Shown here: positions 14,601-30,250 of the stretch, in pieces | Numbering within the stretch: position 1 is the stretch's first letter | Layout of the letters: every line of letters begins with the position of its first letter | Assembly (NCBI RefSeq): GCF_009914755.1 | Contig: NC_060932.1 | Length of the DNA: 64,000 nucleotides | DNA from: the human T2T-CHM13v2.0 reference genome, Homo sapiens | Strand: one strand, 5' to 3' | Program-made: the position numbers and the translations under genes | The notes under the pieces: model-generated | Seen by the model: the letters and a program-made list of their open reading frames with translations, nothing else | The model's database searches: none | Told to the model about the DNA's origin: nothing

Positions 14601-16473
14601 ACAAAAATAGCATTACTCTCCCTGAGTCTGGTTCAGACCTCAGAAATCTTACTATGGGTGTTCTTAGGGACGAGGTATGATGCAGCATGAGCAGCCACAC
14701 CATCGTTTTGAAAGTATATTCTCCACGTTCAATCTGTGAACTCTCAAGTGTTTTCCTTAAAACTCTAAAAGAGCCTCTGCTTTGGCAAGGACGACCTGGA
14801 AATTGGTTGGAGAAAAGGGGATGTTACCCTTTAGTCTAGCACAAAAGTATAAATTTGAAAAACACACAGAGCGAAAGAGCAAAGTTCTCTTGTTTTTTCA
14901 CTCAAAGAGTGGATAACTATATGGATTTAGAAACATGTCTGTATGGATATAGAGAAAAGAGCAGATTTGAAAAGGGCAGAGTTTTGTTTTAAGTTGTGCG
15001 TTGAAACTCATGAAGCAGAGCTGAACCAATGACTGAGTCTTATTAAAGGGGCTCCAGCCTTGGCCAGGCGCTGGCAGAATGCCCTTTTTGTAGGCTTTAC
15101 TACACTTAAGGTGTTACAGGCTTGTAAAACTGGGATTTTAGGGAGGCAGAGCGGGTTCTGAGACGTATGCTGGACTTTAAGAGCTTGTGATTCAAAGTGT
15201 TCCAGTGTTAGCACTGCAGGGGAGCTAATTGGAAATGCAGTGTCTCAGGACCCCTAGACTGACTGGGACACATTCTGTGTTTTAAAAAGATATAACCTGG
15301 ATTTAATCATGAAGAAAGTGTGGCATCTTATGGAAGCATTAGAATTATGTCTTTATACGATGTTAGAACTGTAAAGGATCTTAAAAATCAGCTAATCCAA
15401 CTTCTTTATTTCCAGTTTCATGGCTTTAGAAGATAGTTCTTCAGTACTTGTGGTATGCCAGGTTTTTAAATTCTATGTTGTGTTGACAAAGATAGATAGG
15501 ATATGGTACTTGCTCCAGAGGTTTCTGCAGAAGGGGAGATAGAATGTAAACTAGTAGGTAAGTAAAACATAGTTTGCAGACTGCACTTCTAGAAATGGAT
15601 GCAGAGGGCTGCAGGAGAAGCCCTGAGCCCAGGTGGGAGAATCAAGGAAGGCTTGATGGGGAGGGGTGTATTTTGAGCTTGGATCTTGAAGGATGAGTGG
15701 GTGTTTCAGTTGATCTGGGGTGGGCTCTAAGATTCTGCATTTCTAAAAAACTCAAAAGGCTATGAAGAAAACTTACAGGATATCATAATGTTACCAGAGT
15801 CCAGTAAGAGGGCTTGACCTCTTTGGGAAGTTGGGAAGTCGTGGGAGACTGCCGTAAGGAAGTTGAATTTGAACTAAACTCTGAAGGGTCATTAGGAGTT
15901 GACTAGGTCAGGGGAAAAAGGGAGAAAGGGAGAAAGCATTTCAGCATTTTATACACAGGGATGAATGTTGCCATACATATTTACCATTCTGGCCTGTTTT
16001 GTTTCCATTATGATAGAATAAAAGAATGAATAGTTGAAAGTTTTAATTTTCCTGACACCAGGTGACAGGAGATTGATAAGTATGGGGTGGATTATTTGGA
16101 GAGATCGTGTACAAATTATGATTAGGTCACAAAAGCAAGTATTCATGCAACATAGTTTGGGTAAATGGAATTCTAAAAGCATGAAAGGAAAATGAATTTG
16201 AGACTATTATACTATATTTTATGGCGCCAAAAATTTTCATCATGGCATTGTGGAAATATAGGAAGAAGTGGAGATTCAAACTCTCACATGTCACCATGTT
16301 TTATGTATGGGCACAATACATACCATGATATTCAGCCACATCTCTTTTCATTCCAGAACTCTAAGCCAGCCCCAGATTCTTAGAAGACCCTTCAGAGTCT
16401 GAAGTAAAGAAAGTTTTGAACCTGTTTTTTCATTCTACTGTAGGGCTTCTGAAAACAAGGTAAAAAGCCAAGA

Positions 16474-16857
16474 TGTATTAGTTTATTCTAGAGCTTCCAT
16501 AACAAGCCTACAGACTGGCTGGCTTAAACAACAGAAATTTATTTTCTCACAATTCTGGAGGCTAGAAGTCTGAGATCAAGGTGTAGGCAGGGTTGATTTA
16601 TCCTGAAGTCTCTCTCCCTGGCTTGTAGATGGCCATGTTCTTCTGATGTCTTCATATGGCCTTTCTTCTGTGTGTCTCTGTCCTCAACTCCTTTTCTTAC
16701 AAAGACACCAGCCTTATTAGATTATTGCTCACAGATATTACTTGATTTTACCTTGATTACCTTAAATGCCCTACTTCTACATGCAGTCACATTCTGAGGT
16801 ACTGGGGGTTAGGATTTCATATGCATTTTTATGGGGGGCACAGTTTAGTTCATAACA
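16474..16857 (-). mobile_element. MaLR solo LTR (MLT1A/B-like)
   Basis: TG...CA termini; ggcttaaacaacagaaatttattttctcacaattctggaggctagaagtc signature. Confidence 0.88.
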
Positions 16858-17139
16858 CCAGGGGAATTTTGAACATAAATTTGCCATCAAATATTACTGT
16901 AATATACTATATGTACATTATTATAAGTACTATATATTCCTGAGCTGAAGTCTAGTGACTGTCACAATACACTGAGTAACACGGAATATGTTGCTTCTAA
17001 ATGAATGCAACCCAGACATAAATTCATGGTTGGCTTTCATGTGCTCTTCTAACAACACAACTCTCAGCATTTTTTTTTTTTTTTTGGAATTTCTTAAAGT
17101 CACCTCTCAGTCAGGACCAAGTGAGCCCACATTGCTTAG

Positions 17140-17538
<399 letters not shown>

Positions 17539-17868
17539 TGAAATTCCTGACCAAAGTCTGCCTTTTACATTCTTAAATCTGATTAAAAATCGGGCTGGCT
17601 TGCTAACAAATGTACTATAATTCACAAGGTATTGCAGTCTTTGGCCCCTGCTATAAAGGAGGTGTGCTGATAGCTGCCCCCAGTGGGAGACTTTCTGTAG
17701 CCTTGTAAAAGCCATTGTTATCCCATAGAACCAGCAAGACCAAACTTTCATAATCTTTATGAAAATCTCAGCATCCTTGGTGGATTAGTCTGGCAACAGT
17801 CTGATGTTCTGTCACATACTTTTGTTCTGGATCTCCAGCCTTAACATAGATTGTGGTTAGTTCACTGG

Positions 17869-18280
17869 AGTATCAGTCTGTTCTGGCGGCCGTAACTAAA
17901 GACTAGGTGGCTTAAACAACAGAAATTTATTTTTTCACAGATCGGGAGGCTAGAAGTCCAAGATCAGGGTGACGTCATGGTCAAGTTCTGGTGAGGGGTT
18001 TCTTCCTGACTTGCAAATGGCCGCCTTCTTGCTGTGTCCACACATGGCCTTTCCTCTGTGTAAACATGAGAGAGCGAGAGTGCATGAAACAGCGAGCATG
18101 TGCTTTCTGAAGTCTCCTCCTCTTCTTATTAGGACACAAATCTTATTGGATTAGGGTCTACCCTTATGACCTCATTTAACCTTATTTATCTATTAAAGAC
18201 CCTTACTCCAGATAAAGTCACATCAGGGGTTAGTGCTTCAACATATGAATTTTGGAGGAGACACAATTCGGTCCATAGCA
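17869..18280 (-). mobile_element. MaLR solo LTR (MLT1A/MST-like)
   Basis: Same MaLR signature; ends gacacaattcggtccatagca. Confidence 0.88.
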
Positions 18281-18685
18281 ATCAGTAACCACTTATTAAG
18301 ACACTAGTAAATGCAAGATGCTGGACTAGGTAGTGAGCTCTACAATGTAAGGTATCCAGGAAGCGGGCCAGCCTAATATGTTAGACTGATGTTTAAATAT
18401 AATGATGTCCATAGTTTTATATGTAATTTTATGTAAATATCCTATGGTTATTGCTCAGTATATATTTAATGAAGTGTTGATGTTTGACTCAAACTCCTTT
18501 TTCTAAGAAATAATTGTCTTAAAGAATCCAGCTCTCACAGTGGTAGAGGCCTAGATTGTGGAGAACATGTTTACAAAAGTTACTTCTGTGTTCCAATGAT
18601 ATGGGTTACCAAGATGGCAGCAAGAAGGTTGGTGAAGGATGTTAATTGAGCTACATCACACTTTATATGTGCTTAATTGTCCTCT

Positions 18686-19143
18686 TGTATTAGTTTCCAA
18701 GGGCTGCTGTAACAAAATGGATGGCTAAAATACAAAAGAAATCGATTCTCTTTCAGTACTGCAAGCTAGAAGTGTAAAATCAAGGTTTTGGCAGGGTGAT
18801 GTTCCCTCTGAACTCTTTAGGGGAATCCTTCCTTGCCTCTTCCTAGATTCTCGTCATTTACAGGGGCCTTGGGGTTCCTTGGCCTGTAGATGTGTCATTC
18901 CAATTTTTGCGCTCATTATCACATAGCATTCTCTGTGTGTCTTTGTCATCTCATGACCATCTTCTTATAACGACACTAGTCATATTGGATTAAGGTCCCT
19001 CCCTACTCCAGCATGACCTCTTCTTAGCTTAACTAATTACGTCTGCAGTGACCCTGTTTCCAAATAGTGTGACATCCTGAGGTATTGAGAGTTAGGATTT
19101 CAACATATCTTTTGGCAGTGGTGGTACAATTCAACCTATAGTA
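18686..19143 (-). mobile_element. MaLR solo LTR (MLT1B/C-like) with 5-bp TSD CCTCT
   Basis: Starts tgtattagtttcc; CCTCT at 18681-18685 and 19144-19148. Confidence 0.9.
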
Positions 19144-19384
19144 CCTCTGAAAGAGAAAATACTTTCAGAATCATTTTTGAAAATGGGAAAATTTTTTGTT
19201 TTGACAAAAATATGCAGGATATAACTACCTATTTTCCAAATTCTTACTAAAGATGCCTAGAGAAAAATATTTAAAATACTTAAGTACTAGAAGTATTAAT
19301 AGTTAAACTAAAAATGAAACAAAGAACTTTTCTGCTACTGTAATGGGTCATTTAAAAATCCGAATCAATTACAGTTCCTGTTGA

Positions 19385-19690
<306 letters not shown>

Positions 19691-21120
19691 CCTGTTGATA
19701 ATTTCAACATTAAATTTATGTTTTATACAATGTAATTATGAAGAAAAATTATTTACAAAAGGAGTGCCTTATTTATATATGCATGTAAGTCCAGAACTTA
19801 TATGAATTTTTAAGAGCCAGATTTTCAAATATCTCTAGATAAACTTTGCAAGTTTGGGATTGAATAACTTTTGAAAATTATTTGTTTCTGCCATCAAGTA
19901 GTAATATAGAAGGTCAGATGTGAACAAAGTGAATAATTCAATTGCTATTAATTTTTGAGTGGTATTGCTCTACAGCCATAAGACATGATTCTTAATTTTT
20001 GTAAAGTAAATCACAGTTACATGTTTTAAAAAGCTAATCAAATGTTAAGATTTTACTTTCAAAGTGATACTATTTTCCCCCATGTTAATGAATAGAGTGC
20101 TTGCCTCATACATAATTATTTGGGTCAACTTTCTTTTGGAATAAAAAAGATGCAACAACGTTGACAAATTCCTTTTGTTTTACATGTAGTGATTGTTACA
20201 TGTAGATCTTGTTACTTGATTGTGCCCAGTGAATGATGTAATTGGGGGTACAAGGTACCTGCTCTGCTGGGCATAATTTTTACTCGTTATGGCAGGTTTA
20301 CAAGAACTATGGAAGAAACTAGAAAGTAAGAGAGATCAGCAGTGGCATTAAGTTTTTTTTGTGACAGAAAGAAGCAAAGGCTGTAGCTGAAAATCCCAAC
20401 ATTGGAAGATTTGTGAGTGCACCTGGGGTGGCAGGGAATGTCTGTATCACTACATTAGTATTCAGAATGATGCTTTTTATATCATAAATTCTCATAATAC
20501 TCTAGAAAATTTGAATGCGTAGAATTAACAAATCTGATTCAAGTGTAAGGGTAATAAATGAACTTTGAACATGTCTCTCAATATTTACATAACACAAACA
20601 AAACCATGAAAAAGATCCTTACATGAAAATACAGGTAACCTGAAACTGCTTTTCTTAAGTCCCACTGGAGCAAAGTAGACTGCAAACATAATATTTCTCT
20701 TGCCTATCATATAATTCTCATAAACATATTTCAAATGGACTGGCCATAAAAGGACAGTTTTAGAAGAGAAAATGTTTATAGATTTTGATGAAAGCTGTGA
20801 CAGTTTAGATAGGAGTCACTCTGGGTGGTCAAGCTCCATTTCAAAATGTGTAAGGAGTAATCAAGGAGATAAGACACTACATTTCTTACACAGTTGTTGA
20901 TTGATGAGAAATGTGTGACTTCTTGGGCAATCTTCAGAAAACAATTAAAATGCTTCTTATGTATCTGGAAGAGTACTATATAAAGAAAACATATAAGGTA
21001 TTCCTGAAGAATTTTGAAACTTAACACCAGGTTACCATCCCAGTTTGTCTTACAAGATTAACACAAAAGAGAACCCTATATACTAACTCTGTAGAACATT
21101 TCCAAGTATTACTCCTTAGG

Positions 21121-22047
21121 CCCTTTCCCTCCCTCCCTCCCTCTCTCCTTTCCTTCGTTCGTTCCTTCCCTCCGTCCTTCCCTCCCTCCCTCCCTCCTTC
21201 CTTTCTCCCTCCCTCCCTTCTTTCCTTCCTTCCTTTCTTCCTACCTCCTTCCCTCCCTTCTTCCTTCCTCCCTCCCTCCCTTCCTTCTTTCCTTCCTCCC
21301 TCCCTCCCTCTTCCTTCCTTCCTTCCTCCCTTTCTCCCTCCCTCTCCTCCCTCCCTCCTTCCCTCCCTCTCTCCTTCCTTCCTTCCTTCCTTCTTCCCTT
21401 CCTCCCTCCCTCCCTTCCTCCCTTCTTCCCTTCCTTCCTCCCTCCCTCCCTTCCTCCCTTCCTCCCTCCCTCCCTCCCTTCCTCCCTTCCTCCCTCCCTT
21501 CCTTCCTCCCTCCCTTCCTCACTCCCTTCCTTCCTCCCTTCCTCCCTTCCTCCCTCCCTTCCTTCCTCCCTCCCATCTTCCTCCCTCCCTCCCTTCCTCC
21601 CTTCCTTCCTCCCTCCCTTCCTCCCTTCCTCCCTTCCTTCCTCCCTCCCTCCCTTCCTTCCTTTCTTCCTTCCTCCCTCCTTTCTCTCTTCCTCCCTCCT
21701 TCCCTCCTCCCTTCCTCCCTCCCTCCCTTCTTCCTTCTTTCCTTCCTCCCTCCCTCCTCCCTCCCTCCCTTCCTCCTTTCCTTCCTTCTTTCCCTCCCTC
21801 CCTCCTTTCTTCCTTCCTTCCTCCCATCTTTCCTTCTTTCTCCCTCACTCCCTCACTCTCTCATCCCTTCCTTCCTCCCTTTCTTCCTTTCTTTCCTTCC
21901 TTCCTCCCTTCCTACCTTTCCTTCCTTCCTTCCTCTCTTCCTCCTTTTCTTCCTTCCTCTCTTCCTCCTTTTCTTCCTTCCTCTCTTCCTTCCTTCCTTC
22001 CTCCCTTCCTTTCTTCCTTCTTTCCTCCTTTCTCTTCCTCTTCCTCT
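21121..22047. repeat. ~930-nt low-complexity (CCTT/CCCT)n polypyrimidine-polypurine tract
   Basis: Almost pure C/T on + strand. Confidence 0.97.
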
Positions 22048-24931
22048 GTTTTTGTCTGTCTTCCCAATTAAAAGGTAAGTTCTATAAAAGGAGAATTTTT
22101 CTGAGGGAAAGCTTAAAAAGCTTAAGCTTATAAAGATTAATAGGAGTTAATTAAAGAGAAGGAGAAGAATATCTAGACAAAGGAACAGCTGAGCATTGTC
22201 CCTGGTACATACAGCAGCTCAGTGAAAATACATGTGGCTGAAACCAGGAGAACAAGAGAACAAGGAAACAACCAGACATTTAAGAATTATTAAAGAATTT
22301 TGCCTTTGACTTAAGAGGCCTGAGAAGACATTAAATTATTTTGAGCTGTGAGTACTGGAGGAGATGATGATATTTACAGTTTGAAAATGATTGCTTTGGC
22401 TGTGGTGCGGAGAACATATTGGGGGGAGTCAGGGGTATGCTTTCATCCAAATGACCAAAGAAAAATCTGTCTATAGTAACAGCAAGTTTTCAGACACTAC
22501 TTACATTGAGACTATAAGATGGCATTCTCCGAATACATGGTGTATCTCCTAAGACACAGCATTTGGCTCTTTTAATTTCCCCTGCAATGTTCAAATAAGG
22601 TCCTGAATCAAACATATGAAGGCATATCATTGGGGAATAAATAGACTGGAAATTCCAAATGTCTTTGCCATTGGCCTCCTTCCCATTAAATAAATAACTA
22701 CTTTATGTTACGATCCAGATTTCCATAGAAGCTTCATAATTCATAAAGGAAAGACTGTCTGTTTCCCAAGTAACCTTTGTGTTTCTGTGTAGCATACATA
22801 CAGAACCACAGTTGGGGTTTTTATTTTTATTAAAGCATGCTACTAGAAGCAGTCTTATTTGATGCCCATCTCTTAGAAGCCAGTGTTTCCAAATTAGTTC
22901 TAAACCTAAATGAGTAGAGTGAAAGCCACAGTTAAACCCAAATATCAGCAGAGAAAACTGTTGGGGAAATGTTTCAAAAACTCACTCGTATGTTGCATAT
23001 AATAAACAGGATTTCAACATGTAGTCCATCATATAAATTGAGTATTTTGTTTGCTTTGGAAACCAACTGACCTCTGTGTTATGGTCTACAGTTTCGATTC
23101 TCTGGAAAATAATCCTTTGCTTTGATTTTTCTGGGCTTCTTTTGAGCATTTCAAAGAAATTGTAAAGTCAGTCTCAGGCCTAGAAGGACTGTGAGGTTCT
23201 TGGAAAATTATAGTGTCTAAATTCATCTGATTATTATAGCCTCCCAGCTTGCTTCAGATGCTCAGCCCTGGAGGGAGAGTTTAACTCTGTCTTCTTTCTG
23301 ATTAGAGTCATTCATAAGCATGTTACATGGGATGCTAGAGATTTATGTTCATGGACTTCAGTATTCCCAAATGACCACTCTATGACATTACTTTTAACCC
23401 TTTGTGACTGTTTTTAAAATTAGGAACTTGATCTTACTTTTCATACAATCATTATTTTTATATTGCCAGGCTGTGTACACAGTTTTATGAATACTTTAAT
23501 TAGAGATGGGAACTTGTCTGCATAGGCAATAGGCCTTGACAGAGATCTTTGAGTTCCAGAGGGTTATAGAATATTTCAAAGTTTTAATGAGCCCTGGTTT
23601 AAACAAAGATGCAGTTTGAAATCACATTATAGTTTAAACAAAAATTCTATGTAATAATAGACCTTGAATAAATTATGTATTATTTAGCCCTAAGTTCTGA
23701 AAGAATAAAATGTAGCCTGACTTCTAAAGACACCGGGTCATATTGGGAATATTGCTATTTTAATTTTACTGCTTAATAATGAATGTGGTCTATTTTAATA
23801 TTTATGTTTTTTTGTCCATATCATCAATTTTCTTTCATCTCAAGGTATTATTATTGGTAGGTGATTGCTAATATATTAAGGAAAAGAGACTCGTATTTAA
23901 GTAAATTTTTAATGTTCTTTGCTAAGTTTCTTTTCCCCTCTTGTCCCCTTTCTATTTTTTATGGTTTACTGTGGAATCTTATCTTTTTTTTATGCTGTAC
24001 TCCTCAAGTTGAAGGTCAGAGGCCGTTTCATAATGCTCAAAAAGAAAACAGATTTCTGTTAAGAACTACTTTTATTTGCACCGAGATAATGGGATCTCTG
24101 TCCATGTTACAAACAATGAGAATTCCTTGAGATGTTTAAAAGACACATTTATGAACACAGGACACATTGTTGGCTTTAAGTGTTGTTTTCAAGTTGTGAA
24201 TGTTGAATAAGATAGCCAGAAGATCACATACCATTAGCATGATGAGTGCTAGGGAGACTTGTATGAAAGCATGGGGGCAGTCAGGGAAGAATGAGTGTCA
24301 GAAAAGAGGAATGATATGACCAAGGCTCCCTTTTGGAACCTGTAGGAGAGTTCTGGAATGCATCCAATAAAATGGGCATTTCACAGTGGTCAAATCAAAA
24401 GTCTCCTCCAGTGAAAGCATCTTCCCCTGAGCTATAATGTATCAGCTATGGATATTTTTCTTGCTACCTTGTGATTATATTTCCTAGGATAAAACAGTAG
24501 GTCATCACTGCCATAAATTCCTAAAATCACAGGAGTAGTAATGATCTTCAAAGTTCTTTTAGTTGCTAGTCTCCTTGCTAAATTGGATCCCATAATCATG
24601 GCCCAACAATTGTTTTATTGCATTCATAAAGTTTTAAAGATGAAAGTCTACCAGAGTCTCATTTTTTAAGACTATAAAGCATTGTAATTAGAGTCTTAAT
24701 CCAGTTGACCCAGTCGTGCCAGTGATTAATTCAGATTTTTTTTTTCTGTTTTCTGTTGAAGTATTAGTTACCAATTCTTCCTTTCTTTAGGCCTAGATTA
24801 TTAATACTAAACCAGACTACCAAGACATGTAACCATTTAGTAACTTCAACTCCCAAATGAGGAATGGATTATTGATTTTTTCTGGTAGAAAATAAAAGTT
24901 AAGACAGCTTCATTGAAATCTTATATCTTTT

Positions 24932-25578
<647 letters not shown>

Positions 25579-26267
25579 TAATAGATGTATCACCCCTTGC
25601 CAATTTAAACAGTAGAGGTACATTATATTCTTAATAGTTTTGGTAATGATATTGAATTCATATCCCTCAGTAAGAAAGAGTGTCGTTTGGTACAGTCTGC
25701 ACATATTGATTGTAAGTCCCAACCATACCCAGGGCAAGTTATTTATTTTCCTTAAGCCTTTGCTTCTTAATATATAAAATGGGTAAGATGATATTTACTT
25801 TATATAATTACTTTGAGGAAGAAAGAAACTATACCCCTAAGGTACCTAATAAGCCCTTGATAAATCATACCCAGGCTTTACTTCTTCTTGACGTCTTCAA
25901 TTCAATGGAAGGAGAAATATTCCTATTCCAAAGTGGTAGATTTTATTTATCTTGGCTGGTAGACGTTATGTTTAGAACACTGTTGAAATGTCGTTACTAT
26001 CTCTTTGAAAGTATCTCCTGTCGTTTAGGATAAACACCTTTTTAGTTTTCAACAGTTTAATATTATATTTAAATTGTTGTGTTGTCTGTCCCATAAAGGC
26101 CAGGAGATACTTGAGACTGTCACTGATAGAAAGTTCAAAACATTATCCGTGACTTTATTCCATATTATTATGGGCTTTTTTTTTTAGTCTTCCAAGATCA
26201 TTGTTATTTTCTTGATCTGTTTAAAAGGATCTCATAGCTTCATTTTGAATTAAAACAATGAGATGGA

Positions 26268-26600
26268 GGCTGGGTGTGGTGGATCATGCCTGTAATCTCC
26301 ACACTTCAGGTGGCTGCAGTGGGAAGATCGCTTGAGCCCAGGAATTTGAGACGAGCCTGGGCAGCATTGGGAAACCCTGTCTCTACAAAACATTAAAAAT
26401 AAATTAGCCAGGTATGCTAGTGAGCACCTGTAGTCCCAGCTACTCGGGAGGCTGAGACCAGAGAATCAATCACTTGAGCCTGGGAGGTTGAGGCTGCAGT
26501 GAGCTGAGATTGTGCCACTGCACTCCAGCCTAGGCAATAGAGCAAGACCCAGTCTCACAAACAAAACAAAACAAAACAAAACACCAGACAACAACAAAAC
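26268..26600 (+). mobile_element. AluJ-like element with (CAAAA)n tail
   Basis: TSD AAAACAATGAGATGG at 26252 and 26601. Confidence 0.95.
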
Positions 26601-27834
26601 AAAACAATGAGATGGTTCATATTTTCTTCTGCCTCTTGCCCCTTTTGTTTCAGAAGCCCTTTCTAGGAATGTTCTCCTACCTCAAAGAGATAGTTTGGGA
26701 TTGCTGAACAGCTCAATAATATTATGAGCTCACCATCAACATGTATGGCTTACAAAATGTCTGTATTCTGTACTATGGTGGTAGATGAATTACATTTTGT
26801 TGAGACACCATAAATGGTAATACATATGTTTTACATATTTCAGTTGACTTTATGAAAAGCTTTAATTTGATCCTGAAAATGGGAAGATGATGCATGAAAT
26901 TGCTGAGTATAGACATATCGGGTCCATCTAATCTATGGTAATTTGTTTATAGTAAACATCATAGGGGTGTCTTTCTGAACGTTTTCTACTACAGGCATTT
27001 TAATACACTACACACTTGGAGCCACAGTTTCATTGCAGTGCCTACACATCTTGGAAAAAAGTAATGCTTTGCCTGAGACGTATTTATTGTCTACAGGACA
27101 ATTTTTATGTAGCGTCGTGACTATGATAGATAGTAAAGAAACCAATAAAACTGACCTCCAGCAATTTACATGCACCTTTGTGAGGCTGGAGGAAAGAACC
27201 TTGGATTTATTATATACCTCTTTTTATTGCAAAGTTATAATTATATTGGTATAAGAGATAGTCACTGGGCCCTAAACAGAAAGTTGTTCAATATCAGTAC
27301 AGTCAGATCATGGAAGACTTCTGTCGTTTCACAAATGTTAAATCCTGTAAGTATACCTGGAAGAAAATTTAAATCTTTAGCCTTTCTTACCTATTCAATT
27401 GTTTGTTTTATTATTCATTCATGTTTCCTTCATCTGTCCAAAGAATTTGGGCTTCATGTAACTTTAAAGAGCAGAATATATGCAGAGGTTATTATGGTAA
27501 TATTTTCAGAAGTGTTATTTATTAAAGTCAGCTTTCCTTAAGCATTTTCTTTTAAATTTTACTTTGGATTATTATATCCAGATCCTTTGTTTTTTTCTTT
27601 CTTACTCTTGCTTTCTCAATCTTTATCTCTCTCCCCATCTCTGTCTCTCTCTGTGTTTTCATACCCCACCTATTTTATTTTAAGGTGAAAGCCTATTTTT
27701 TAGAATATTCTTACATGATAACAATTCAGTAATACATTTTAATGAGAGCTTTTGGGAGAGCTGAAAGATATTCAGAGGGATTTTGTTGGAGGATGTTAAG
27801 CAAGTAGTCTTCATGTTTATAGGTATCTCAATGC

Positions 27835-28020
27835 CGACTCTGCTACTTGAGCAAGGTTTTGTGAACTAATGACTGAATGTCATCAAGCCTTAGCCTTCCC
27901 ATCTGCTAAGTGAAAATAACCTGCTTCATATGGTTTTTATAACAGTCAAATGAGATAATGCAAGAAAGGCATCTAGCTTAGTAGATGGCTCATAGTAGGC
28001 ACTACAAAATGTTAGCTATG
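27835..28020 (+). mobile_element. MIR
   Basis: aagccttagccttcccatctgctaagtgaaaataa...catagtaggcactacaaaatgttagctat. Confidence 0.6.
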
Positions 28021-28739
28021 ATATGTGATAAGTGGATAACAACATGTTTTATCATCAATAAATGACGTTAAAATTCTAAAAACTATTTAAATGAAACATA
28101 CTTTCTCTTAATAAATGTAAGTTTATTGGATTTAATCCTCTCCATAAAACTTAGTTTGGAGACCCTGTTTTAAAAATGCTCAGTCCACTTAAAACAAACT
28201 ATGTTGCACGTATTTTCGTGTTTAAGTGTTAAAGTGGCGACTCTGCATCAAGGAATTATTTTCAGCAGACTGCATTGTCTCTCTTCTGTAGTTCTTTCCT
28301 GTGAAACTTCCTAATATCACAAAGATGAAATATGAACATATGGCTGAAAGTAAGAAATCGGCAACAAGGTCCCACATTCAGAAGATTGCAGCTGGAAGTA
28401 TTTTTTCCTTTGCTTCCATTTCATCAAGTTATTTAACTTGAGAAAATGTTTATGAATGTGAATTTATTTTTTAAATTATGCATAATTTTCATCTCATGCC
28501 ACTACATGACTTTGAAACAGTTTTATGTAGCTGGCAGTTTTGGTAGTTGTATTGTTGCAGACTGACCTGTAAGATTCGAATTTTTCTTTTCCGTAGTTAA
28601 AGCATGATCCCATGTCTCAAAATTAGGCAGCTGGTGCTTGTTTGTAAACCAAGGAAGGGAGGGCCTCCTTTCTTATTTTTGATCTACCAAACCTATGCAA
28701 AGTTTTAATGTCATCCCTGATGAAATATTTTTTAAGTGC

Positions 28740-28960
28740 ATGCTTTAGGTTAGGCCTTGTCATGCATATTATACTATTTAATTATTACAAGAATCCTGTG
28801 TGAGAGGTATTATTTCTCTCAATTTTATAGATGAGGACCCTGAGTTTCAGTTTAAGTAACTATCCTACTATCACACAGTTGTTAAATAGCAAAGCTGGAA
28901 TTCAGACCCATCTCCATCTGACTTCAAAACATATTCTCTTTCAGTTCCACCATGCTGTGC
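28740..28960 (-). mobile_element. MIR
   Basis: caattttatagatgaggaccctgag...gctggaattcagaccca. Confidence 0.7.
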
Positions 28961-29997
28961 CTGTACTTTTAAGTGAAATATCATGAATATCCTGGATCAA
29001 AGAAGAATCTCTATATTGGAAGAAACACTTGACTTATTGAACAGAGTTTCAGAGGAATATACCCATTTAAATGCATTTACATCTTGCTTAAAGGCAGTAC
29101 TTTCTGAGGGAACTGAAAATAAGCAATTAGATTTAATTCACTTGTAGGTGTACACCTAAGGCCATACCTACACCAGCTAAATAAATGGAGATTTTAGTAT
29201 CTTTCACCAGGGAGCAGTAATATCTGTGTTGCCATTTTAGGAAATGTATAATCTTACAATATATTTCCATTTAAAACAGTATAGCAGATTAAATTCATTT
29301 CAGCACTGTATATCTCACATTTTACTATTTTATTGCAGTATTGTAATGACTTTATCTGCTTCAGTATAACATCTGAATCTTATAAAAAGGAACAGATGAG
29401 AAAATGGACACCAAATGCCATTTAAATCACCTTCATTTTGAAGAAATTGCTAATTTTTTTAATGTAAAAAATTATTTTTCCAGAAATAAAGCAATATTTG
29501 AAGATGAATAACAAGTATTACTGATAAGTCTTTGTATATATGGGAAAATAAGTAAAATAAACATACTGTCACAAATTACTTTTTCAGGCTCAGCAGAAAT
29601 AAAACCAGAATCCAAAGAGGGAATACTTTATTATTTATGCAATTAATAATTTTTATATGAAAAATGGTTATTTTGCTAGCTTTGTAATTAATTTATTGAT
29701 TGATAGTGAGTAAAAATATCGTAATGTTCTACAAATACGCAATACATATTTAAAAGAGAAATGCAGTCTTGTTAATTTTTAGTTCTTTGGTGGATTAGAT
29801 AATTAGATATTCAGGATTATTTCTCCCCTTTGAATTGTATGAAACCTGAGGTGATAGATTTTATATTTGCTTCAGTTGTTGATTGTTTTTATCTATAGCG
29901 AGATGTGTTAAATCGTTTTGGTTGGCTTTGTTTTGATAATTATAAATTAATAGTTTAAGAGCTCTCAAGTGTCTGAATCCATATTCTTAAATATTTA

Positions 29998-30250
29998 CAG
30001 TTGTCTCTTGAATAATGAAAGTTTGAACTGCATGAGTTCCAGAATTTTTTTCAATGAATACAGTTGGCCCCTCCCTATCAGTGAGTTCCCTATCCACAAC
30101 CAAATGTGGACTGAAAATACAGCGTTCATGGGCTAGCTGACTTTTTGTATCCACAGGTTCTTCAGGGTCTACTGTGGGACTTGAATGTGCGTAGATTTTG
30201 GTATCCTGCAAGAGGTCCTGGAACGTATCCCCCATGGACACAAAGGGATA
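29998..30250. mobile_element. TcMar-Tigger MITE (MER2B-like)
   Basis: TA|CAGTTG terminus; gattttggtatcc...ggtcctggaac.tatccccc.tggac. Confidence 0.75.

Noticed and set aside
21241-21848. G/R/E/K-rich ORFs on the minus strand
   Set aside because: Translation of the stop-free polypurine repeat
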